A stretch of 64,000 nucleotides of DNA from Flectonema sp. DT1601 (Eukaryota): assembly GCA_964019425.1 (NCBI GenBank), contig OZ025787.1, positions 1,178,001 to 1,242,000 of the forward strand. The letters are read 5' to 3'. The stretch's first letter is position 1. Each line of letters starts with the position of its first letter. The notes under the pieces were generated by a model. That model was given only the letters and a program-made list of their open reading frames with translations, had not been told where the DNA came from and searched no databases. The position numbers and the translations under genes are program-made. Below, piece after piece: positions 10,419 through 20,041 of this stretch.

Positions 10419-13034
10419 ATGCTTCTCAGATGTTTGATTCTCATGGCTGCCCTGTTGGTGAGCCATGGTCAGTATACAACTGTTCCTTGTACTACTTGTT
10501 CACTACAGCCAGCTGGATCACTGATGACGATGGATGCCCAAAGTTGCCAGGATTTGTGCACGTCTGATGCAAACTGTGCTGCGGTGGTCATAACTTCTGG
10601 TACTATGTGTGACGCTTTTCTCTTGCCAGCAACACCGTGTGGTAGTCAGGTGACAGCTAGCTGTACAAGTGTTCTTTATTTGAAGGGTACTCTTGTACCT
10701 ACGGCTGTTCCAACAACCATTCCAACCGACTCCCCCACTGCAGTCCCAACTGTTGCCCCAACCGCTGTGCCAACAACACCTACGGCTCAGCCCACGTCAG
10801 CGCCGACAGCTGTTCCAACAGCTCAGCCAGCAACAGCTCCAACAACTGCTCAGCCGACTACAGCACCAGCAACCGCCCAGCCAACTGCTCAGCCGACAAC
10901 AGCACCAGCAACTGCCCAGCCAACAACTCAGCCAGCAACCGCCCAGCTAACTGCTCAGCCGACAACAGCACCAGCAACTGCTCAGCCAACTGCCCAACCC
11001 ACCGCTGTCCCAACTGCTGTCCCAACACCTCTGCCTCCTGGTTCTTCAGCAACAACGGCAGCCCCAACTACAGCGCCAACAGCTACAACGACGTCGCCGA
11101 CAAACACAACCACGGCCATACCAGCTACAGTTTCGGGGACAACTTCACCAACAACAAATAAAACACTTTCTCCAACATCGGTCCCAACAACAGCAACAGT
11201 CGCACCAGCCACAAGCGCACCTTCCGTTGTCAACAATGTGACTGTTTCGATTGTTTTCAATAAGTATTCCGCTTTCTCTGTTATTCAGATAACTGCTGAT
11301 ACTAATAACACAAACGGTACAATTTATTACACTCTTGACGGATCAGATCCTAATCCATCAAATCCTGGGAGCACTAATAAAGTATATACTGGGAATGTGA
11401 CTGTGAGGGCTGATGTTGTTGTAAAAGCGGTCTTTGTGAATACAGGTAATGGTGTCTCAAATATTACTGAGGTAGCGGTAACGGTAAATATGTTAACAGG
11501 TCAGCTGGAGATCACACCAACGTCGACGAATGTTCTCGCAGGTGCTTTTGTAACGATGACTGTTATTAACCCTCAGCTTGGGTATACTCTTATATATCTT
11601 CTTGAGAATGCTGATACAGGAATAGGGTGTAGTTCACAATCATCTTTCTTACAAAGCAATCTGACAAAACGGTATACAACACCATTCTCATTACCGCAGG
11701 AAGCTGGCAGATGGAGTGTCTGTGGATTCTTAGTAAGCAAGTTAGGCGATGTAAAATTTGAGAAACAAATTTTCACAACAATTTTGCAATGTGGTTCCCC
11801 AGTAATGCCTGAAAGTAAGACAGCTGTTATTCCTGTTTTTATTATGATTACACCACATAATGAAAGCTGTCCATTTGCAACAATTGATGTAACTATAACT
11901 CAAGTTGGTGTCGCTGGATCAACAAATACATATTCGTATAATCAGTCTCAGGGAGTTGCACTTCAAGCTGTTGGTAACTACAGTGTCTCTAGTATCGCTT
12001 CAAAAGCTTCGGATCCGACCTGGAGAAGCTCTTTAGCAACACAACGATACTTTGTTGTTGTTGAACAGCCTCCTGTGTTGATTGCAAGAGTTAATCAACA
12101 TGTTGTTTCTAGTGGAGTTCAGCTTTTTCAAAATAAAATAGCTCAGGCTGCGCGAATTGATGGATCTCGTGTTCGAATTACTGATATTCAAAAAGACACA
12201 ACAACTGATGGCGATAACATGTTATTCTTCTTTCAAATTGATCCTCATCCGTCCTATTATGCTTCAGAGCAGAGTAGCAGTTTGATAAGCAGCATGCTGA
12301 CAGCATTACCACAGTCTGTGTTAGTAGATTATGACATTAATGCAATTTGGAGACAGGGAGAGCTTCCTGTCACTCCTGCTCCTTCATCTGACGACTCTAT
12401 TATTGGATTATCACGTCCAACATTTATTGTTGTTGTTGTTGTGATTGTAATCGTTCTCTGTGTGGCATTCTTTCTTTTTAGAGAGTGTTGTTCTTCTGGT
12501 AGTTCTCAGAAATATTTATCTGGAGTGACGAGAGAAGATGTTGATAAATGGGAAAGTGAGGAAATGTTGCCAAACGGGGATTTTGAAGAATATTCTGACA
12601 AGGGTGTAGACGCCAGCAGAGCCACGGGAGACAACATTCGACCATCACATAATATTTATCATCAACCTGAAATGACTGAGAAAGAAGCTGTTGAATTAGT
12701 GTACTCATCTGGTCCTTTATTACCATATCCTCCAATTACTGGGAGTGGTGTTGTTGATACAGCTGTTCACAGATCAGAGCACTCTGACACTTTTCTAGCC
12801 AGCAAATCTAATGCTATTGCTAGTCCTGTTACCATGTCGTCTGATAGTGCTGTATCTTCACCATATGGTCGATTTCAATTATTTGGACCTCCTCCTCCAG
12901 GCCATGACTCTGTTCGCAGGACATACAGTCAACCGAACCATCTTCATATGTCTCAGCAACCAGTTAGTTGGAATGGATATCAGAGTAAGCAATTTCATTC
13001 TTCTATTGGGAATGATATTTATTCGAAGATTTAA
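10419..13034 (+). CDS. Type I membrane surface protein: signal peptide, PAN/apple-like Cys domain, PT/PTAQ mucin stalk, Fn3-associated (chitobiase C-terminal-like) domain, single TM
   Basis: MLLRCLILMAALLVSHG signal; SCQDLCTSDANCAAV (PAN-like); IYYTLDGSDP (Fn3_assoc signature); TM FIVVVVVIVIVLCVAFFLF. The first in-frame ATG (10419) is used as start. Confidence 0.85.
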   Translation: MLLRCLILMAALLVSHGQYTTVPCTTCSLQPAGSLMTMDAQSCQDLCTSDANCAAVVITSGTMCDAFLLPATPCGSQVTASCTSVLYLKGTLVPTAVPTTIPTDSPTAVPTVAPTAVPTTPTAQPTSAPTAVPTAQPATAPTTAQPTTAPATAQPTAQPTTAPATAQPTTQPATAQLTAQPTTAPATAQPTAQPTAVPTAVPTPLPPGSSATTAAPTTAPTATTTSPTNTTTAIPATVSGTTSPTTNKTLSPTSVPTTATVAPATSAPSVVNNVTVSIVFNKYSAFSVIQITADTNNTNGTIYYTLDGSDPNPSNPGSTNKVYTGNVTVRADVVVKAVFVNTGNGVSNITEVAVTVNMLTGQLEITPTSTNVLAGAFVTMTVINPQLGYTLIYLLENADTGIGCSSQSSFLQSNLTKRYTTPFSLPQEAGRWSVCGFLVSKLGDVKFEKQIFTTILQCGSPVMPESKTAVIPVFIMITPHNESCPFATIDVTITQVGVAGSTNTYSYNQSQGVALQAVGNYSVSSIASKASDPTWRSSLATQRYFVVVEQPPVLIARVNQHVVSSGVQLFQNKIAQAARIDGSRVRITDIQKDTTTDGDNMLFFFQIDPHPSYYASEQSSSLISSMLTALPQSVLVDYDINAIWRQGELPVTPAPSSDDSIIGLSRPTFIVVVVVIVIVLCVAFFLFRECCSSGSSQKYLSGVTREDVDKWESEEMLPNGDFEEYSDKGVDASRATGDNIRPSHNIYHQPEMTEKEAVELVYSSGPLLPYPPITGSGVVDTAVHRSEHSDTFLASKSNAIASPVTMSSDSAVSSPYGRFQLFGPPPPGHDSVRRTYSQPNHLHMSQQPVSWNGYQSKQFHSSIGNDIYSKI

Positions 13035-13637
13035 TATTTTGATATAATCATATTATTTTTTTTAATTGGAAAAAATTCTTTAATACATTCTTAAGCCAAT
13101 ATAAGTAATTTCTAACCCGGTTCACACAACCGTGTGGTATACAGACACTCTCTTTGAACATTTACTTATTCAGCTCGATGTCCTGATTATTTTTTGTTAT
13201 GTTTTTTTTTTTTTTTTTTTGATCTGTTATTTGTATTTAATATTGTGGCTGCAGTAGTTTGTTTGTAATAGAATCTTGTCTTGCAATCTGCAGTGTGCTA
13301 ATCTTATTTTATTTTTCAGCCATGGATGAACCGAAATATAGAAGTGTGAGCGGAAAGTAAGAAAGTGGCGATCCTCCTTTGCGAGTTATCAGGTGATCTT
13401 GAGCAGGTATTAATATCAAAGGAAACATATAACAATTCCTAGACACTGATCATTCTGCAGACTTTCCTAATGAAAATGGGAAGTGACAAGATCAGATCCT
13501 GTTTAATACGATTTCAGACTCCTTACATCGACAGATGATCCAACGACACCAGGCAATCGATGAAAAAGAAAGTAAAAAAAAGCTACCAACGATTCTAAAG
13601 CTACAGTTTCTGTTAAATCTATATCAGTAATTTGCAA

Positions 13638-13848
13638 CTTCCGTCACTCGCGTTGATCATAAGGTGGATGTGGAACAAACATCCAACCTTAGACTTTGGA
13701 AATAAAGTAGGTGACATGTAGTCGCCAATATCAATTTGTTATTATTTTTAGTATTTTCATCATTATCAATCATCTCCTGGTTGGGTAACTGCACATCACC
13801 TTCGGTGTTGTCGCAGTGTCTCTTCCAACACTCCTGTCTCCTTCTTCT
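13638..13848 (+). repeat. ~210-bp near-identical copy of the LINE-A ORF end and proximal 3' UTR (18907-19115)
   Basis: Direct comparison: CTTCC(G/A)TCACTCGCGTTGATCATAAGG...CTCCTGTCTCCTTCTTCT with only a few substitutions and one 2-bp indel. Confidence 0.95.
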
Positions 13849-15480
13849 TGGAAGGGAGCACCACTGCTAGGGAAATGCAGCAGGAGCCACACCGACGCCT
13901 GAAGCAGACGGAGAAAGAAAGTCCACCCTACCGGAGTGGCATATTCACATGGCGTGGGTCGGGAGTGCCCCGAACGGCGATCGACGCAACCAAGTTGGAC
14001 ACCAACGGCTTGGTTCTAATAAGAACAAAAGGCGACTACGAAGCCTTAACTCAAACGAAGAAAACCGGTGACTGGGCCGCAATATCAAAGGTCAAGTTCA
14101 CGAAGAACACCATCCCGGTAGCGCTGCCGGTGGTGAAGAAAAATGGACAATGCATGGTTAGAAAAGTATTCTACACATGTATGCGGAAATGACTTCACGA
14201 AGAAGGAAAAAGAACCACCACAACCCGACCCTGTACTCTTCATCCAGAACCGGACAAAACCAACTGAGCAGCAGTTAATTCCAAAAGCTAAGGAATTGAT
14301 TGCAAAACTTGAGATAAAAGCAACCCTTTCGACTGTTTCGATGAAATTGTCAGATGCGCTATTATTATCGTCATCATCATCGCAATCTACTACGGCATCA
14401 TCGATATCGTCGTCATCACAATCATTGTCATCATCATCACCATCGACATCATCATTCTCCTCATCATCCTCAACGCCGTCACTAACTGGTAAGCAGGCAA
14501 TTAGAAAGATACACAATGAGGAATCCATCAGACCCGTTTCTCCATGTAGAAACGGAAGATAAAGCAACGCAATTTCTAGCATGGAGGATCGCCGATGCAA
14601 GCATTCAAACAGAATCCTGCGACGGACATCATTCTGTATAAGCTTCAGACATCACTGATGGAGAACCAGTCAACCTTCCAGCAACTTGCTTATGAGAACA
14701 ATGCCTTAAAGCAATCGCTAATTGAAGAAAGGACTGAGTCAGGTTGGCTTAGGCTTGCTGCTCAACAGGCAGCTAAGACTTATGTGGAAACAGAAACGCA
14801 ATCTGTACCACAATGCTTGAGTGCTGTGACACAGACGGAGATCCACAGACTTGATGCAAAGAGTGAGGCAAAGTTCAGTAGAAAATTCTACAAAGCTGAA
14901 CTTTCTGAGTCTACTTCGATAAAGTGGATACATAGCCACAAAGTGGATCGGCAGGGACTATATGCTCCACAAGACAGGTTCATGATGTGTTCTCATAGAC
15001 ATCAGGACAGCGTCTTTTTGAGTATGTTTTAATGACAACGCAACCACAATCACAAAAGTGACATGCATCGTCTCAGACTTATCAGGTATTGGTATACTAG
15101 GGAACGTGAATCGCTTCTTAGACACAAGTCACCCGACAGGCTTTCCAAATGAGAACGGGAAGCGCGGCAATACCAGATGAAGAGACAGGCGATATTTTCA
15201 AAAGATGTCAAGGAGAAGCTTCGGCAGCAACACCGACGCCCCTAAAGCGCTACAAGATGCAAACGCCACAGAAATCAGGCTTGATGCCAGCTCCTACAAG
15301 AAAGCCATGGCGATAACTTTTTTAGTCTAAACCCCAATCTGAGTTCCCAAGGCTCAGCTATGGTCCATTAATCACTTGCCGCTATGGCATGTTGATGCCA
15401 TAGAGCGGTGAGGGGACTTTCAACAGCGACGAAGGCCACAAACACACTGGCAAGTGTACCAGGTTATGGATTCTATGAGA
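13849..15480 (+). pseudogene. Degraded, frameshifted coding-like sequence, probably retroelement ORF1 remnants
   Basis: Broken ORFs (13848-14192, 14143-14562, 14595-15032). Peptide at 15184-15300 (DRRYFQKMSR..PKALQDA..IRLD) resembles 23578-23710 (DEEYFEKASK..PKRALQHA..VRFD), which lies upstream of the LINE-C endonuclease. Confidence 0.4.
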
Positions 15481-15589
15481 AAAGAAAGATGTTAGCAAAC
15501 ACATCTTCTCTCTCTCGCTTCTGTTTGTTATGACTAACAAAAGAAGGAAAAAATGATTGACAGGGCCGTGGCCAAAAGTCACCTCATTC

Positions 15590-15728
15590 AAACCAAAAGA
15601 AAGTGAAAAAGAAGGCAAACATTGAAGTGAACAACAATTTTTTTTTTGGCTGTTCACTTTTTCAATTTTTTTTAAACAATGACCAAAGAAGAAGACGGCT
15701 GCCCCCAGGAGTGTAACCAATAAATAAT
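15590..15728 (+). mobile_element. Isolated LINE 3'-terminal fragment
   Basis: Ends GGAGTGTAACC-AATAAATAA, the same terminus as LINE-A (GAGTGTAACC-polyA, 19438-19466); A-rich stretch similar to 19370-19410. Confidence 0.7.
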
Positions 15729-18700
15729 TTTGGTTCTTGAAGAATTTAGTGCAATTGAAGAAGATAATAAACATGGGTCAGATCATCGACCTCTCTACAC
15801 CGTACTGGATCCCATGTGCCAACTTGCACGGGCCACGATAGGTTCGAAGAAACGCGTTGTATGGGACTTCAAGTCTACGGACTGGAACTGCTTTGGGACC
15901 ATGCTCGAAAAGAGAATTAGAAAATCAAGACTCTCCGATGATGCAACTGCGAATGCCAAGCTCTTTAACAACATACTGCATGAAGTGGCGGCTAAATTCA
16001 TTCGTCGACGTCTCCTTTTCAAAGGGAAACGGAGACGAAAGTGGAAGACGTCAACCCCTGATTCTACCAAATCGAAGGGTGTCCACCTACGTGATCAACT
16101 TGACAAGGGTAACAACTTTGCCTTTGCGTTTAAGAAGATCAAAGAACTGCAGCAAGATGCTGGTAAAGATATCAGTGTCAACAACATCTCTGACTGCGAT
16201 CTCCCATCAGCATTCTTGGACATGTTTGTCTCGAAATCGGAAATATTATCGCTAGAGGCCCCCGCACTCTCAGAAGGTGATAATGAAATAGATATTTGCT
16301 GTGATTTCACAATGGCTGAAATTAAAGCTGCGATTAAGAACCTGAAGACCCGCAAGGCTGCAGGACCTGATGGAGTTCACAATGAGATGATCAAAAACTT
16401 CACTCCGGCAACAGTGGAATACCTCTTGAGAATTATTAACACTTCTTGGAAGACTTCAAAAGTACCGTACCAATGGAAACAGGGACTAATCAAGCCCATG
16501 TTCAAGGCAGGGAAACCTCGTAATGAACTAAAGAGTTTCAGACCAATAACGCTCACCTCGGTTGTTGGGAAACTTGCGGAGAGGCTCGTGTATGACCGAC
16601 TCATGCACTGGCTCACAAAACATTCGTCGCTCAGTCCACTACAGGCTGGATTCAGAAAGGGGAGAAATACCTGCGAGCAGATCACCGTTCTAGTAGATGC
16701 TATCGTAAGGAGCCACATGGAAGAAAAGAGATCAGTGTTCTTGTCATTCGACTTTACTGCTGCGTTTGACAGGATCAACCATAAGATACTTTTATTAAAA
16801 TTAGTAAAGATGGGTGTTCCGAATGTTATTATCAGATGGATCACAGACTTTCTTACAAACAGGAAGGTTAGAGTTGAAGCGAATGGGTATTTTAGCGAAT
16901 TCCGTACTCTGGCTAAGGGGGTTCCCCAGGGATCGATCCTGGGTCCTCTTCTTTATCTTATCTACGTTGATGACCTCTGCAAGATTTTGGAACTGGAGAA
17001 GGAAACAACGACGTCTGCTCTGTATGCGGATGACACAGCATGTGTGGTGTCAGGATCAAACATGGAAGAAGCTCTTTCGAATGCTCAGTTAGTACTCGAC
17101 AAAGTGGATCAATGGTGTTTTGAAAACGACATGGCCTTATCGGTCTCCAAAACCTGTGCGCTTAAGATGAATGTTCGCTCGAAGGGCATAGTACTAAACG
17201 ATACGTGTAATCGCGAACTGCTTTTCTCTAGATCTGTTGAGGAACGCATGCTTAAACTTGACTATGGTGACATCGAGAATCATATCAATCTCAAATCACC
17301 CAGACCCATGCTTCAAAGTGGCGAAACGATTCTTGAAATTGGAGGAATCCCAATCAAGACACAAGAAGAACTCGACAACTTGATGCTGCAATACGTCGTT
17401 CGTGAGGACAGCATTATGGTTGTGAGAGCAATATTCAAAACTGCCTTTCTGTTACCGATAGTCGACTCAGTAAAATACCTCGGAGTTCACATCGACGACA
17501 GGCTCACCTTCCACAAACAAGTAGGCAAGATTCACGAAGAATTAAAGAGGGGGATATCACTTCTGCAGTGCCTCCAGCCGTACGAACTGGACTACAAGAC
17601 TCTTAACATGGTTAAGAACCTTTATGTAACCGCAAGAATCTCATATGCGCTTGACAGTTTTGGTTGGCTGATAAGCAGCAGCGTTGACAGCATCGACTTC
17701 GAACTGAGGAAGGTCGCCAGACTGGTTACTGGATGCAGCAAGTGTACGCCAAGAGAGTTACTGTTGTGGGAGTCTGACATGTATCCTTTTAAACGTCAGA
17801 TTGAAAAGCAGACAAAAATTGCGTACTACAGGTATAAAGCCATGACTTGGATACCTAATACAAACAGACTCGCCTCAACACAAAGCTACTGGGCTGGCCT
17901 AATCCCTGGCACTGATAGTCAGCGAGAAAGCCAGTGCCTTGTGCAGCCTGACTCGATGGAACCCTGGGTATCTCCGACAAACCTTAGGATTAGCAACGGC
18001 TGCGGATTTCCGAAGTCCGCGAACCCTGCGGTGGACAAAGAAAAATTCATGTCGTACATTGGAACGTTACCTCCTGTCGACATGGTAATCAACTGCGATG
18101 GCTCCTACTCTGCTTCCGGCGCGGCCGGTGCGGCTCATATTGCCAAGTCACGTAGCGGCCTTCGATCTGCTTACGCGTCTAGGCTTTATCAAGCTGACTG
18201 CAGCTACAGGGCTGAACAACATGCTCTGAAGAACGCGGCTAGACATCTGAGAACAGTGTTTAGCAAAGATACTTCAATGAAATCTGTGAGGATATTCACG
18301 GACTCAAAATCCCTTCTGGATGAACTGCTGGGTGGAAGGTGCAGACAGAAGAACACTGAGTCCTTGAAGATACTGGAATACCTGCGCATGTGTGAAATGA
18401 AAGTGCATCTGCAATTCATCCCCTCGCACATTGGAATCGGATTTCACGATGAAGTTGATGCGCTTGCAAAGGAAGCAGCACACAACAAGAACATCCGTCC
18501 TGTGCTAGTCAAAGGCACGTACTTCTCGCGATCATCTCATGTTAAGCGCTGCATCAAAAAAGATCTTCTTAACGTGAGTGGTTACACTTGCTACAAGCAC
18601 CTCATCGGAGGCCGTTCCGTTAAATACCCTCCTGGGATGGAAAGAGCCGACGAGATACGGATAGCGAACTTCCGGACAGGATGTCACCCGCTAATTCAGA

Positions 18701-19466
18701 ACTGGCGCAAGACGATCGACTGCCCATTTTGTGGCGAACCGTCCTCACAGGTTCACCTGCTGCAGGGATGTCAATCTCCCAAACTCGATTCGGCCAGGTT
18801 CAAAATCCTGGGCTTCTCAACACTGACCGGCAAGTGGGATCGCGACCGGGAACTTATTATTGCCAACGAAATTCCTAACCTTGAAGCTCTCTTCACTTTG
18901 GCGTGGCTTCCATCACTCGCGTTGATCATAAGGTGGATGGAACAGACATCTAACCTTAGACTTTGGAAATAAAGTAGGTGACATGTAGTCGCCAATATCA
19001 ATTTGTTATTATTTTTAGTATTTTCATCATTATCAATCATCTCCTGGTTGGGTAACTGCACATCACCTTCGGTGTTGTCGCAGTGTCTCATCCAACACTC
19101 CTGTCTCCTTCTTCTCCTATTCTCCTTATAAATTTCTCTTGAGGGCAGGCCTTCGGGCTGTTCAAGTGGTCTTTGACCACCGCTCTAGTTATATGCTCGA
19201 CTCTTTGTTTTCCTTATCGATGGTAGGAATGGTAACCGAATTAGCTTCGTGTGTCCAATTTCAAGGACGCGTGACCATTTATTTTTTCCGTTGCCGCTCT
19301 TCTTACGTCCTCAGGCGGAGCCTACCTATGTTTCCCGTGTTTTCCAATTTGTCAGACTTAAGTCAAAAAGAAAGTATAAAAGAAAGACAAAACATAGAAG
19401 TGAAAAGAACAAAAACAAAGAGTTTGGTAGCACAGACGAGTGTAACCAAAAAAAAAAAAAAAAAAA
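15729..19466 (+). mobile_element. LINE-A: 5'-truncated non-LTR retrotransposon (APE remnant, RT, RNase H, CCHC; Ingi/I-like architecture) with ~490-bp 3' UTR and poly(A) tail
   Basis: Contains ORF 15730-18972; 3' end GAGTGTAACC followed by an A run that ends 15 bp before tRNA-Arg. Confidence 0.92.
15730..18972 (+). CDS. LINE ORF2 polyprotein, N-terminally truncated inside the APE domain, otherwise intact
   Basis: HGSDHRPL (APE end), KAAGPDG, FRPITLTS, QAGFRKGR, DFTAAFD, GVPQGSILGP, YADD, KYLG; RNase H NCDGS / AEQHAL / IFTDSKS / FIPSHIG / VDALAK; CPFC..HLLQGC. Confidence 0.95.
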   Translation: MVLEEFSAIEEDNKHGSDHRPLYTVLDPMCQLARATIGSKKRVVWDFKSTDWNCFGTMLEKRIRKSRLSDDATANAKLFNNILHEVAAKFIRRRLLFKGKRRRKWKTSTPDSTKSKGVHLRDQLDKGNNFAFAFKKIKELQQDAGKDISVNNISDCDLPSAFLDMFVSKSEILSLEAPALSEGDNEIDICCDFTMAEIKAAIKNLKTRKAAGPDGVHNEMIKNFTPATVEYLLRIINTSWKTSKVPYQWKQGLIKPMFKAGKPRNELKSFRPITLTSVVGKLAERLVYDRLMHWLTKHSSLSPLQAGFRKGRNTCEQITVLVDAIVRSHMEEKRSVFLSFDFTAAFDRINHKILLLKLVKMGVPNVIIRWITDFLTNRKVRVEANGYFSEFRTLAKGVPQGSILGPLLYLIYVDDLCKILELEKETTTSALYADDTACVVSGSNMEEALSNAQLVLDKVDQWCFENDMALSVSKTCALKMNVRSKGIVLNDTCNRELLFSRSVEERMLKLDYGDIENHINLKSPRPMLQSGETILEIGGIPIKTQEELDNLMLQYVVREDSIMVVRAIFKTAFLLPIVDSVKYLGVHIDDRLTFHKQVGKIHEELKRGISLLQCLQPYELDYKTLNMVKNLYVTARISYALDSFGWLISSSVDSIDFELRKVARLVTGCSKCTPRELLLWESDMYPFKRQIEKQTKIAYYRYKAMTWIPNTNRLASTQSYWAGLIPGTDSQRESQCLVQPDSMEPWVSPTNLRISNGCGFPKSANPAVDKEKFMSYIGTLPPVDMVINCDGSYSASGAAGAAHIAKSRSGLRSAYASRLYQADCSYRAEQHALKNAARHLRTVFSKDTSMKSVRIFTDSKSLLDELLGGRCRQKNTESLKILEYLRMCEMKVHLQFIPSHIGIGFHDEVDALAKEAAHNKNIRPVLVKGTYFSRSSHVKRCIKKDLLNVSGYTCYKHLIGGRSVKYPPGMERADEIRIANFRTGCHPLIQNWRKTIDCPFCGEPSSQVHLLQGCQSPKLDSARFKILGFSTLTGKWDRDRELIIANEIPNLEALFTLAWLPSLALIIRWMEQTSNLRLWK

Positions 19467-19481
19467 TTTTTTGTTTTTGAA

Positions 19482-19555
19482 GCCCCATTGGCGCAATTGG
19501 ATAGCGCGTTGGACCTCTAATCCAAAGGTTGTGAGTTCGAGTCTCACATGGGGTA
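19482..19555 (+). tRNA. tRNA-Arg(TCT), encoded with C33
   Basis: Cloverleaf GCCCCAT/ATGGGGT, GCGC/GCGC, TTGGA-CCTCTAA-TCCAA, GTGAG-TTCGAGT-CTCAC; T6 terminator at 19556-19561. Confidence 0.95.
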
Positions 19556-19615
19556 TTTTTTAAAAGCCGATTACTTGCTCAGATTTAGTGGCAATTGTGA
19601 TGTGATTAAAAAAAT

Positions 19616-19688
19616 CACCTCCCGCGGGGCTCGAACCCGCGACCACAAGGTTAAGGGCCTTGCGCTCTACCGACTGAGCTAGGGAGGC
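19616..19688 (-). tRNA. tRNA-Lys(CTT), encoded with C33
   Basis: Minus strand GCCTCCC/GGGAGGT, GCTC/GAGC, CAAGG-CCCTTAA-CCTTG, GCGGG-TTCGAGC-CCCGC; T7 terminator (A run at 19608-19614). Confidence 0.95.
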
Positions 19689-19705
19689 TATATTCCAAAA
19701 AAAGC

Positions 19706-20026
19706 TTTTTATTTATTTAGTCACACCCCCCCCTGTCTTTCTACTTTGTTTTTATTCTTTCTGAGCATACTCGCTCTTCTTATTTTTTAACTAATTAAAT
19801 AAGCAACAACGAGTGCAACTGTTGTGAGTCCGTTGGAGGACTTCCCCGGATAGGAAGCTCACGACACTGTAAGTACAAAGCGAATGATCAATACGGAGAC
19901 GGTGGCCAAAGACCACTGGGTTACCTGCGAGCTATGAAGCTCTACGGATGTCCTCAGAGAGTTATTAGGAGATGAATTAGGAGTGATGTATGAGTATGAT
20001 ATACTAAAAAGATAGTAACTTCTGAT
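19706..20026 (-). mobile_element. 5'-truncated LINE 3'-UTR-only insertion (related subfamily) abutting tRNA-Lys
   Basis: Minus strand shares TTTTTAGTAT..CATC, CTCCT..CTCT(T)GAGG and the hairpin GTGGTC-TTT-G(G/A)CCAC with the LINE-A 3' UTR. It ends GGGTGTGACT-AAATAAATAAAAA, 17 bp upstream of tRNA-Lys. Confidence 0.8.
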
Positions 20027-20041
20027 AAAAGTTTTATTTAT

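Noticed and set aside
13322..13616. Possible small spliced gene (ATG after TTTTCAG, GT..CAG at 13407-13460)
   Set aside because: Stop after 12 codons and no consistent frame; at best a decayed fragment.
13638..19115. LTR retrotransposon interpretation
   Set aside because: The RT is non-LTR type with an APE remnant and poly(A) tail; there is no integrase, protease or TG..CA ends, and the repeat overlaps the ORF end.
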